From contig JAVEXG010000005.1 in NCBI GenBank assembly GCA_034004115.1, positions 2,657 to 66,656 on the forward strand: a stretch of DNA of 64,000 nt. The letters run 5' to 3'. A program made the translations under genes and the position numbers. This DNA comes from Bacteroidales bacterium (lineage in GTDB: Bacteria; Bacteroidota; Bacteroidia; Bacteroidales; VadinHA17). The notes below the pieces were generated by a model, which had not been told where the DNA came from, did no database searches, and saw nothing but the letters and a program-made list of their open reading frames with translations. Shown in pieces: positions 30,582 through 39,130 of this stretch. The first letter of the stretch is position 1. Every line of letters starts with the position of its first letter.

Positions 30582-31271
30582 TCATTCATGCGTTTTTCTG
30601 TAAAGACATTCTGTCCTCCGGCACGAACTGCAGGGATACGGATCGAAGTTTACATCTGCTCCCATGCCGATCAATCCGCTGACCGACTTTTCAGGGTTCA
30701 TAAGCGCCGAAGCGTTGAGACTGACTCCGCAGGAATTTCCGGGCATGAGTTCAAACAACCCGTGCTGTTCCGATACGTCCCATCCGCAATACCCCGGACT
30801 ATACCGGTTTGTAACCCTTAAACCTGAGATTTCAGCAGCTTTCCTCACTTCCTGAAGAACCAGCAGGGATGCACGTTCCGCAATCTCACTTCCTATCATG
30901 TCGTAAATATAGGAGGCCAGGGGATCTCCGTCTTCCATGGCCTTCCTGCAGAGTTTTTCAGGTTCCGGACCTGCCGTACAGATAAAGACGGCAAATGATT
31001 CTGCTTTCCTCACCTGTGAAAAGACAACATCTTTAAGACTAAAACCGGCCCCATGGATTATTACTGATTTCGCGGCATTCTTCCATTTCTCAACAGGATA
31101 TATCCTGTATTCGGCTTTTGCTGAACATACAGGGGCAACCTTGCCGATCAGCTCACGGATCAGACCGGAGAAATCATCAGCCTGATATCCTTCACCGTAA
31201 CCGAGTAGTCTGCCTATCCGTTCGCCATCGACGCCAAGTTCTGAAAAATCATATTGAAATGTGCCCATCAT
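30582..31271 (-). CDS. methionine-synthase activation (AdoMet-binding, Met_synt_B12-like) domain protein, stand-alone
   Basis: 229 aa. 'RYSPGYCGWDVSEQHGLFELM' and 'MNPEKSVSGLIG' resemble the MetH reactivation domain. The gene overlaps the stop of metVF. Confidence 0.6.
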   Translation of the reverse strand: MMGTFQYDFSELGVDGERIGRLLGYGEGYQADDFSGLIRELIGKVAPVCSAKAEYRIYPVEKWKNAAKSVIIHGAGFSLKDVVFSQVRKAESFAVFICTAGPEPEKLCRKAMEDGDPLASYIYDMIGSEIAERASLLVLQEVRKAAEISGLRVTNRYSPGYCGWDVSEQHGLFELMPGNSCGVSLNASALMNPEKSVSGLIGMGADVNFDPYPCSSCRRTECLYRKTHE

Positions 31272-32710
31272 TCCTGATCCAGTCCGGCTTCACGGACAAT
31301 CTTTCCAACAACATCTTCCCATCCCAGCGACATAAGGTGAATCCCGCTTATACCCTTTTTTTTCCTTAATGCCGTAATAATTTCAAGTGTTATTGCTATT
31401 CCCTCCTCACGGGCTCCGTCTCCTGCTTTTTCCATGCGACTGAGTATCTTTTCAGGAAGGTACACTCCGGGAACCTTCTCATGGAGGTAAAGCGCAGCCT
31501 TATAGCTTTTAAGCGGTACCAGCCCCACAAGAATACTTACCTTTCCGAGGACATTCCTCCTTTCAAGCTGTTCGAGCCAGGGGTCAAGCCTTTCCGGTTC
31601 GAAAATTATGTTTGTCTGAAAGAACTGGGCACCGGCGTTAACCTTTTTCTGGTCCCTTATTGCCTGAAGTTCAGGGTCAAGTGCAAAGGGTGTAGTTGCA
31701 GCACCAAGAAAATATGTGGGCGGATACTTCATCTTTCTACCGTCGAGGTAGATGCCCTCATCCCGCATTCTGCGGAGAATCCACAGCATCTGCACCGAAT
31801 CGAGATCGTTGATGTTCATATCGCTTGCCGGAGGAGGTCCCACTATGGGACTGTCTCCTGTGACACACAGTATGTTTCTTATCCCGAACTGTCCCGCTCC
31901 GATTGCATCCGCCTGCAGTGATATTCGTGTTGAATCGCGGGCGGCGATCTGAAATACAGGTTCCGCATTCAGATCGACTGCAACTTTGCAGCAGGCCAGT
32001 GCTGACATCTTCGGGATAGCTGATGAAGCATCAGTGAAATTTATTGCCTTTACATAAGGTCTTACCAGCTCTATGTCATTTTTAAGCTTTTCGGAAGAGG
32101 CACTCAGCGGCGGGGTCACTTCCGTGGCAACCACGAAGCGGCCTTCCCTGAGACTCTTCTCCATCTCCGAGGCCGGCTCCCTGTAAGCGGCCGGGTGATA
32201 CTCTGAATCGCCGTTCCACCATACTGGCTGCCTTACAGTTCTGAAAACCGAATCCCAAACCTGTTTTTTAAGCTCCTTGTCGCGCGAAAACAGCGATCCG
32301 ATGAATCTTCCGGTGCCTGTTCTTCCGATCTGACTGAATACATCAGCCCAGGTTTCGGTGCCTGTCCTGCTCCAGTCGAGTGGAGGCAGGACCTCCAGGA
32401 GAGTATCCTCACGTCCGATCTTCCTGGCCCGATAGTATATCGCGTGCCAGACGCATCTTCTTGTCGGGTCGACATAGCATTGTCCGTCGGGAGTGACACC
32501 ACCACAGGGTCCGTTTCTGAGACCTTTCGGGCACTCCATGCAGCATATGAAGGCTGTCTCCTGAAGAAGGCAATTGCCGCACATCCGGCAGCCCCATACC
32601 GGGCCCTTGACAATTATCTCGATCTTTTCACGGAAACGCTTTCCGAAAGTCTCCCTCTTGAACGGATAAAAGGGGGGTTGCCAACGACGGGCAGGCTTGA
32701 TAGCAGACAT
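31268..32710 (-). CDS. metF: fused MetV-like zinc-ribbon domain + methylenetetrahydrofolate reductase (MetF)
   Basis: The N-terminal 'CRMCGNCLLQETAFICCMECPKGLRNGPCGG' is an MTHFR_C/MetV-type Cys cluster. The C-terminal roughly 290 aa form an MTHFR TIM barrel. Confidence 0.75.
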   Translation of the reverse strand: MSAIKPARRWQPPFYPFKRETFGKRFREKIEIIVKGPVWGCRMCGNCLLQETAFICCMECPKGLRNGPCGGVTPDGQCYVDPTRRCVWHAIYYRARKIGREDTLLEVLPPLDWSRTGTETWADVFSQIGRTGTGRFIGSLFSRDKELKKQVWDSVFRTVRQPVWWNGDSEYHPAAYREPASEMEKSLREGRFVVATEVTPPLSASSEKLKNDIELVRPYVKAINFTDASSAIPKMSALACCKVAVDLNAEPVFQIAARDSTRISLQADAIGAGQFGIRNILCVTGDSPIVGPPPASDMNINDLDSVQMLWILRRMRDEGIYLDGRKMKYPPTYFLGAATTPFALDPELQAIRDQKKVNAGAQFFQTNIIFEPERLDPWLEQLERRNVLGKVSILVGLVPLKSYKAALYLHEKVPGVYLPEKILSRMEKAGDGAREEGIAITLEIITALRKKKGISGIHLMSLGWEDVVGKIVREAGLDQE

Positions 32711-32742
32711 ATATTAAGTTATTATAACTGAAGTTTAGGGCT

Positions 32743-33585
32743 TCAGGAATTGCGGCTTTGAAAATACTCAACAAATCTGATGGCAAAGTCATCCCTTCCC
32801 AGAACAAGATCGGCAGCCCGGGCGGCAGATGTTGATTTTTCAGGATTTGCTATTGGGCAGGTCACTCCGCAATAAACGGCAAGTGTCATGAAAGCCGCGT
32901 TAAGCGACTCCCTGTCGGGCAGCCCGAATGATATGTTGCTTGCTCCCATGGTTATGTTCATACCCAGCTTCCGGTGCAATTGTCGGATAGTCTCAAGTGT
33001 GACCACGCAGGCCTGAGGTTCGGCGCTTACGGCCATCGCCAGTGGATCGGCAATTACATCCTCAGCCCTGATTCCGGCCGCAACGGCTCTGTCGATAATC
33101 TTTTCTATTATCAACACCCGCTTTTCCGGATCGTTTGTGATCCCTTCATCATCCATGCACAAGCCTATGATCGCAGCACCATACTCCTTTGCAACGGGAA
33201 TGAGAGTCCTGAGGGACTCCTCCTTGCCGTTAACCGAATTGATAAGACATTTGCCTGCAGAAACCTTAAGCGCGGCTTCGATGGCTGACGGATTCGGGGA
33301 ATCGAGACAAAGGGGAATGTCAAAATTATCCTGTATGGCTGTCACAACTTCCGGAAGAAGCTTCGCATCATCAACCCCCGGATACCCGACATTAACATCG
33401 AGTATATCGGCGCCGGCCTTTATCTGGCTGGCTGCCAGTTCAAGCACATAGGAAAAATCTCCTTCCTGAAGGGAGGAGACCAGTTTCCGGCGGCGGGTCG
33501 GATTAATCGATTCGCCAATTATGATTACAGGACCATCGGTATCGATGATCACCTCCCTGGTCCTGCCTGAAAGAACTGTCTTCAT
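32743..33585 (-). CDS. pterin-binding methyltransferase (methyl-THF:corrinoid methyltransferase, AcsE/MetH-pterin-domain-like)
   Basis: 'IIGESINPT..', 'ADILDVNVG', 'LCLDS', 'LINSVNG' and 'GASNISFGLP' are DHPS-like pterin-binding motifs. The start was moved to ATG 33585, 2 nt after the upstream stop. Confidence 0.8.
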   Translation of the reverse strand: MKTVLSGRTREVIIDTDGPVIIIGESINPTRRRKLVSSLQEGDFSYVLELAASQIKAGADILDVNVGYPGVDDAKLLPEVVTAIQDNFDIPLCLDSPNPSAIEAALKVSAGKCLINSVNGKEESLRTLIPVAKEYGAAIIGLCMDDEGITNDPEKRVLIIEKIIDRAVAAGIRAEDVIADPLAMAVSAEPQACVVTLETIRQLHRKLGMNITMGASNISFGLPDRESLNAAFMTLAVYCGVTCPIANPEKSTSAARAADLVLGRDDFAIRFVEYFQSRNS

Positions 33586-33587
33586 GA

Positions 33588-34256
33588 TTAAACTGCAAAC
33601 TGTTTCAGATAATTTACTGCACCCTGCGGATCGGGGGAATAGAAATCGGCGCCAATCTTTTCGCAATACTCCCGTGTAACCGGAGCCCCGCCAATAAGTA
33701 TCCTGATTTCAGGATGCTTCTCCTTCAATGCAGCAACGGTCTTTTTCATATTCTCCATTGTAGTCGTGAGAAGGGCCGAAAGCCCTACAAAAGCGCCCGG
33801 ATTTTCCTCAATTGCCCTGAGGAACTTATCGGAGCTGACATCCACTCCAAGGTCGATAATCTCCCATCCGCCTCCCTCGATCATCATTGCAACCAGGTTC
33901 TTTCCTATGTCGTGCAAATCGCCGGAGACGGTGCCAATAATGAATTTCCCCTTCCGTTTGGTCTCGCCCGACTGAAAGAAAGGCTTCAGATGCTTCATGG
34001 AGCTGTTCATAGCCTTTGCAGCCATCAGCATCTGGGGAACATAGATCTCCTTACGGCTGAATCGTTCACCAACAGCAGCCATCGCAGGTATAAGCGCCTC
34101 ATCGAGTATCCTGGCAGGACCCAATCCTTCTTCTATAGCCAGTTTCGTAATCTCATCCGCTCCATCCTGCCCCTTCATTCCGGGAGGGTAAGGCGAAGCC
34201 TTGTCCGTTTTGCCTGACTCAACACACAGTGCGATCCGGGCCAGTATATCATCCAT
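33588..34256 (-). CDS. corrinoid (B12-binding) protein with cap domain
   Basis: Carries the DxHxxG motif 'SGDLHDIGKNLV', then 'GLSALLTTTM' (SxL) and 'ILIGGAPVT' (GG). Confidence 0.85.
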   Translation of the reverse strand: MDDILARIALCVESGKTDKASPYPPGMKGQDGADEITKLAIEEGLGPARILDEALIPAMAAVGERFSRKEIYVPQMLMAAKAMNSSMKHLKPFFQSGETKRKGKFIIGTVSGDLHDIGKNLVAMMIEGGGWEIIDLGVDVSSDKFLRAIEENPGAFVGLSALLTTTMENMKKTVAALKEKHPEIRILIGGAPVTREYCEKIGADFYSPDPQGAVNYLKQFAV

Positions 34257-34351
34257 AACTAAAATGATTGGTGCAATTTCGTTCTGAAAACCTTTAAGTC
34301 AATAAAAGCACGAAAATAATAAAATCAAAAGTAATTAATAATATTTGTTCA

Positions 34352-34365
34352 TGCAACCGATTGCA
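34352..34365. promoter_or_regulatory. LacI-type palindromic operator, site 3 (tGCAACCGATTGCa)
   Basis: Over 14 nt (ATGCAACCGATTGC) it is identical to the reverse complement of site 1. It lies 18 nt upstream of the minus-strand -7 box TACTTTTG (34333->34326) in front of the corrinoid operon. Confidence 0.6.
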
Positions 34366-34479
34366 AAATTATTTTAATTAAGATTTTTTAACCTTGAACG
34401 ACATTGCTTACATGAACTTCACCTATTTACCGCTGGCTCTTTTTACAACAGATTCTGACTTTCCTTAATTTGCAGGATT

Positions 34480-34529
34480 CAACACAAATTTCTTATCTTG
34501 TACTTTCTAAAAAATCAACTGACTTGAAA
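34480..34529 (+). repeat. 50-bp direct repeat, copy 1
   Basis: CAACACAAATTTCTTATCTTGTACTTTCTAAAAAATCAACTGACTTGAAA. It is 48/50 identical to 34971-35020. Confidence 0.9.
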
Positions 34530-34624
34530 ATTGCATCTCTTTTCCTGTTTTATGCGGTTTTTATGAACCCAAAAGAGTAACTGGCATACATCTAATCTAT
34601 TATGTAAAGTTTTAATGAAAAATT

Positions 34625-34886
34625 GGGTGTCTCGACCTGTGATTTTTTGGATGTTTGTTCGTCATGGTATGGGCAGTAACCGGGATCTCCAGCCTTGAGG
34701 GCTGGCCTTCCAGTAGCCCCGGTCCCATCCGGGGTGGGGGGCAATAATACCAATCCGACCCCGGAGGGGTGGCCTTCAATTTTCACATGTAATTGAAAGT
34801 CAACCCCTCCAGGGTTGTTCATCGTGTGTGGTGCTATCTTCCCGGGGTGAGACCCGGGCTACTGGAAGTCGACACCCCAGGTGTCG
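34625..34886. ncRNA. candidate structured RNA or MITE-like element (class unknown, strand unresolved)
   Basis: A GC-rich island in an AT-rich spacer. A perfect 13-bp long-range helix joins 34707-34719 and 34856-34868. Perfect local hairpins lie at 34689-34705, 34717-34734, 34761-34813 (nested 34775-34797), 34841-34858 and 34870-34886. Confidence 0.3.
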
Positions 34887-34970
34887 GAATAAGTTGAATT
34901 AATGTTTGGTCCGGTAGAAGTTCCTGAAAATATTAAACTCATCTTAACTTTGGGTGTCTTTCTCACAAAA

Positions 34971-35020
34971 CAACACAAATTTCTTATCTTGTACTTTCCA
35001 AAAAATCAACTGACATGAAA
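34971..35020 (+). repeat. 50-bp direct repeat, copy 2
   Basis: 48/50 identical to 34480-34529. It ends 87 nt before the 35108 start codon. Confidence 0.9.
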
Positions 35021-35107
35021 CCTCCATGTATTAGCATACACAAACAAAATAATATAATAATCACTTACATGGAGGTTCCATCATACCATTAAAATCAAAA
35101 TTTTATA

Positions 35108-36634
35108 ATGATGAAAACTATATCTCTTCTGTTCTGCCTTATGCTGTCGGGGACTGTCATGGCCCAGACTACTGCCACAGGAATATTTCAGGGAAATGCA
35201 GACATCGGGAATCCCGCACTAAAAGGCTCAGCCTCATACAACCCTGCCGATCAGTCCTATTTGCTGAAAGGATCAGGTTATAACATCTGGTTTGAAAGAG
35301 ATGAGTTCCGCTATGTTTTCAACCAGATCGAGGGTGATTTCATCCTCACTGCCAATTTCCGCTTTGAAGGCCAGGGAACAGATCCACACAGGAAAACCGG
35401 CTGGATGATAAGGGCTTCGGAAGATGAAGATTCCCAGCATATCTCAGCTGTGGTCCATGGCGACGGACTTACCGTGATGCAATGGCGCGATTTCAAGGGT
35501 GCTGAAATGAAGGACCCTGAAGATGAATTGTTTGCAAAGGGTTCCGGCTATGAAATAATCCAGCTCGAAAGGGCCGGAAAAATTATTTTCATGAGGGCGG
35601 CAGTTGCCGGTAAGCCTTTTGAGAATATCGGCTCTTACGCAATGGAAAATATGCCCGATAAAGTCCTTGCAGGATTGTTCATCGGCTCTCACAATCCAGA
35701 GGTGACTGAACAGGCCACCATCTGGAATGTAAGGATCGACAAGCCGGTCGGAGACAATTACAATGCCTCCAGGGACGGAGCTGTGGGATGCCGTCTTGAA
35801 ACCATGAATGTCTTCGACGGAAAAAGAACAGTGATACATGAAAAACAGGGAAGATTTGAGGCTCCGAACTGGATGCCCGACGGTAAACAACTGCTTTTCA
35901 ATATGGACGGATTAATGTACAAAATCCCTGTAACGGGAGGCGCTATAAGCCAGCTGAACACAGGCACGGTTAAAAGAAACAATAACGACCACGGAATATC
36001 CTTTAACGGAAAACTGCTTGCTATAAGCAGCTCCAAGGATGATGCAGCCGGAAAAGGCTCGGCAGTGTACGTTGTGAAGCTGAAAGGCGGGGAACCAAGG
36101 CTCGTTACCCCCGAAACACCCTCCTACTGGCACGGCTGGCACCCCAACAACAAGGAAGTGATTTATGTCGCCCAGCGCAAGGGGATACCCGTTTACAATA
36201 TTTACCGCAATTCGATAAAGGGAGGAAAGGAAGTGGCCCTGACCGATATTCCTGAAGGCGAACACGTTGACGGCTGTGAATATTCGCCCGACGGTAAATA
36301 TATTTACTACAACGGCAGTCATACCGGAAATATGCAGTTATGGCGCATCAATGCCGACGGAACAGGAAGGGAACAGCTTACCTTCGATGACTACAAAAAC
36401 TGGTTCCCCCATATTTCACCCGACGGAAAATGGATAGCTTTCATCTCATTCCCTCCGGATATCGAAAAGAACAGCCATCCATCATACAAGAGAGTCATGC
36501 TGAGGCTGATGCCTGCAGGGGGCGGTGAGCCGAGGGTGATTGCATATCTCTACGGCGGACAGGGAACCATAAACGTTCCATCGTGGTCGCCTGACAGCAA
36601 GCAGATTGCATTTGTCAGCAACTCGGGAAATTAA
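35108..36634 (+). CDS. secreted protein: lectin/glucanase-like N-domain + TolB-like beta-propeller
   Basis: Signal peptide. The C-terminal PD40-type repeats are 'YSPDGKYIYY', 'ISPDGKWIAFIS' and 'WSPDSKQIAFVS'. Confidence 0.6.
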   Translation: MMKTISLLFCLMLSGTVMAQTTATGIFQGNADIGNPALKGSASYNPADQSYLLKGSGYNIWFERDEFRYVFNQIEGDFILTANFRFEGQGTDPHRKTGWMIRASEDEDSQHISAVVHGDGLTVMQWRDFKGAEMKDPEDELFAKGSGYEIIQLERAGKIIFMRAAVAGKPFENIGSYAMENMPDKVLAGLFIGSHNPEVTEQATIWNVRIDKPVGDNYNASRDGAVGCRLETMNVFDGKRTVIHEKQGRFEAPNWMPDGKQLLFNMDGLMYKIPVTGGAISQLNTGTVKRNNNDHGISFNGKLLAISSSKDDAAGKGSAVYVVKLKGGEPRLVTPETPSYWHGWHPNNKEVIYVAQRKGIPVYNIYRNSIKGGKEVALTDIPEGEHVDGCEYSPDGKYIYYNGSHTGNMQLWRINADGTGREQLTFDDYKNWFPHISPDGKWIAFISFPPDIEKNSHPSYKRVMLRLMPAGGGEPRVIAYLYGGQGTINVPSWSPDSKQIAFVSNSGN

Positions 36635-36718
36635 ACATAAACCGTTAAAAACTTACCGGTTTACATTTTATATTGGATTTTAACTTACTTTAATCCCCGC
36701 GAATTTTACGTTTTCCGG

Positions 36719-37438
36719 ATGAGATCTGGTATTAATACCTTTCTGTCTTTCCCAGTGTTTGCTATCCTCTACTGCTATACCGCGGTTGGGGTTGTTATCG
36801 TATTTATCCTCACTACGTTAAAGGCAAAGAGAGCTGTTCAGTTCCTGACCATGATATGGGCAAAATCAGTATTTGCAATCATGGGAAAAAAGCTGACAAT
36901 AAAGGGTAAGGACAACCTCGATAAAAACAACAGGTACATCCTCGTGGCCAATCATGCCAGCCTTTTCGACATTGTTGCAATTACTTCGTTTTACCCGCAG
37001 GTTGCATGGTTCGGACATGAGCGCCTGCTAAAAGTGCCTATCTTCGGGGGCTTCCTCAGACTTATCGGTTATGTACCATTCAGGGAACCCACAGTCCGGA
37101 ACACCCGGCATATGCTTGATCAGCTCATAAACAGATCAAAAAATCAGTCGGTTGCCCTGTTCCCCGAAGGAACCCGGACCCTCAGCGGAAAAATCAATCC
37201 GTTTTTCAGGGGATTCATATACCTGATGAGAACAGGAAACACTGATATTTTGCCAATAACCCTCAACGGATTCTATGACCTTAAACCAAAGAACAGGTTC
37301 TTTATAGATTTCGGTTCAAAACTGGAAGTGATCATACACAAACCCGTTCCGGGAGAAGAACTTAAGGATAAGACCGACGGTGAAATAATTCAGAGAATCA
37401 AAGGGATTATTGAATCTGCTTATAACTGTAACCAATAA
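36719..37438 (+). CDS. plsC: 1-acyl-sn-glycerol-3-phosphate acyltransferase family
   Basis: HX4D motif 'ANHASLFD' and 'FPEGTRT', with an N-terminal membrane anchor. Confidence 0.8.
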   Translation: MRSGINTFLSFPVFAILYCYTAVGVVIVFILTTLKAKRAVQFLTMIWAKSVFAIMGKKLTIKGKDNLDKNNRYILVANHASLFDIVAITSFYPQVAWFGHERLLKVPIFGGFLRLIGYVPFREPTVRNTRHMLDQLINRSKNQSVALFPEGTRTLSGKINPFFRGFIYLMRTGNTDILPITLNGFYDLKPKNRFFIDFGSKLEVIIHKPVPGEELKDKTDGEIIQRIKGIIESAYNCNQ

Positions 37439-37457
37439 TATTTCCCAGGCAGACATT

Positions 37458-38390
37458 ATGGAATCAATAAAAAATGAAAAATGGGTTTTCATAGTAAATC
37501 CGATAGCAGGAAACGGCTTCGGAAAGACGATGGTTCCCATAATCAGTGAAAAAATCAAAAAATACGGCATCGACGGGGAAATCGTCCAGACTGAAAGAAG
37601 CGGCCATGCAGTGGAGCTTTCAGGAGAATACTACGAAAAGGGATTCAGGATAATAATTGGTGTGGGAGGCGATGGTACTGCCAATGAGGTTGCAAGACCT
37701 CTTATCAACAGGAAAGATGTCGTTTTTGGTATGATCCCGGCCGGTACTGGCAATGATTTCATACAGATCACAGGATTTCATGACCGGATGACGGACTCTG
37801 ACTGGGATATGTTTTTCAGGAAACAAGTCATCGCCATGGACGCCGGATCAGTTAACGGGATGATTTTCATCAACGGTATGGGACTCGGATTTGATGCCCA
37901 GGTAGCTGCGGAAAATTATACTGAACCAGGCGTTGTAAAAAAGGGAGGAAAACACAAGTATATCTGGCACATTATCAAAACCATACTGTTCTTCAGGGAA
38001 AAAAGGATGGCAGCAACTTATGGGGGAAGCAGAACAGAAACAGACTGCTTTATTAATACAGTCTCCATAGGGCGACGCTTCGCCGGCGGGTTCCTTCTGA
38101 CACCCCGCGCTATTGCAAATGACAGCCTGCTTGATGTTTGCTCGATCAAAAGGCTAAACCTGATCCAGAGGCTTAAGTTGTTCATGAAAGTCCCGAAAGG
38201 AGACCATATAAAAGATAAAAAGGTGTTCTACTATCAGACTGACGGGCTGAAAATTGAATTTCCTGAAAAGGTCCCGTTCCACGTCGACGGGGAACTTAAT
38301 TTTTCTGACCGCTTCGATGTCAGAATTATGCCTGAGGCACTCAACATCATATACAATCCTGATGGGAACCATTTTTTCAGAAAAAAGTAA
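37458..38390 (+). CDS. diacylglycerol-kinase-family lipid kinase (YegS/BmrU-like)
   Basis: 'FIVNPIAGNG', 'IIGVGGDGTANEV' and 'IPAGTGNDF'. The start was moved from TTG 37410 to ATG 37458. Confidence 0.8.
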   Translation: MESIKNEKWVFIVNPIAGNGFGKTMVPIISEKIKKYGIDGEIVQTERSGHAVELSGEYYEKGFRIIIGVGGDGTANEVARPLINRKDVVFGMIPAGTGNDFIQITGFHDRMTDSDWDMFFRKQVIAMDAGSVNGMIFINGMGLGFDAQVAAENYTEPGVVKKGGKHKYIWHIIKTILFFREKRMAATYGGSRTETDCFINTVSIGRRFAGGFLLTPRAIANDSLLDVCSIKRLNLIQRLKLFMKVPKGDHIKDKKVFYYQTDGLKIEFPEKVPFHVDGELNFSDRFDVRIMPEALNIIYNPDGNHFFRKK

Positions 38391-39051
38391 TCCTGGAATA
38401 AATCAGATTGCATTCTTCGATCTCGACCGGACAATTACAAGGGCTGTCAGCGGGAGACTTCTCGTAACAGGTGCTTACAGGCGCGGTCTGATGAAAAAAT
38501 CAGATATCCTGAAAGCTCTATGGCTCTCATCTGCTTACCGGCTTAAGCTCAGGGACCCCGTCGCCATTATGAATGAAATGATAATTTGGGTGAAGGGAAT
38601 AAAGGTCTCCGACTTCTCTTCCATGTGCCACGAAGTTGCCACTGAGGATCTTTTTCCATCTGTCTATAAGGAAGCTGCAGCTGAAATAGAACTTCACAGA
38701 GGGAAAAATATCCGCACGGTTTTGCTGTCATCATCGGTGTGCCAGATTTGCCGCGAAATATCAGTCCACCTGGGAATCAATGATATCATCTGCTCGGAGC
38801 TTGAAGCATCGGACGGACTTCTTACCGGCTTACCCCTTGGCAATCTGTGCTTTGGAGAAGAAAAAGCCAGAAGACTTACTATGTATTGTGAAAACAACAA
38901 CTACTCTCCAGCTTATGCCTGGTATTACGGTGATTCAATTTCTGATCTGCCTGCCCTGAGCATTGTCGGAAATCCGGTATGCGTCAACCCTGACAGGCAG
39001 CTTGAAAAGGAAGCCTGTAAAAGAGGATGGAAAATATTCCTGTGGAAGTAG
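38362..39051 (+). CDS. HAD-IB family hydrolase (SerB-like)
   Basis: 'AFFDLDRTIT' (DxDxT), 'LLSSS', and 'YGDSISDLP'. The start is uncertain; ATG 38362 overlaps the upstream gene by 29 nt. Confidence 0.65.
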   Translation: MGTIFSEKSNPGINQIAFFDLDRTITRAVSGRLLVTGAYRRGLMKKSDILKALWLSSAYRLKLRDPVAIMNEMIIWVKGIKVSDFSSMCHEVATEDLFPSVYKEAAAEIELHRGKNIRTVLLSSSVCQICREISVHLGINDIICSELEASDGLLTGLPLGNLCFGEEKARRLTMYCENNNYSPAYAWYYGDSISDLPALSIVGNPVCVNPDRQLEKEACKRGWKIFLWK

Positions 39052-39093
39052 TATGCAAAGTGAATCACAGGCTGATACGATCTGTTTTTATTC

Positions 39094-39130
39094 GTGCATT
39101 GGTGGCAAAAAAAAGTAGCCACGAATGCAC
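39094..39130. terminator. hairpin between convergent genes
   Basis: GTGCATTGGTGGC-aaaaaaaagta-GCCACGAATGCAC, 12 bp with one mismatch. There is no clear U-run on either side. Confidence 0.35.

Noticed and set aside
34592-34822. A 76-aa ORF on the minus strand inside the 34.6-34.9 kb element.
   Set aside because: The product is Gly/Pro-rich and low in complexity. The ORF runs exactly through stacked GC hairpins and has no recognisable start context. It is more likely a by-product of the structured DNA/RNA than a gene.
34625-34886. A cobalamin riboswitch, or another known riboswitch, in front of the B12-protein operon.
   Set aside because: The idea is attractive because the downstream genes use B12. 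However, I could not find the B12 box (GCCACTG) or the GGGAA/GGTG core on either strand. The SAM-I, TPP, THF and M-box cores are also absent. The element also lies more than 360 nt from the start codon, beyond the predicted promoter and operator at 34326-34365. A formal Rfam scan is still needed.
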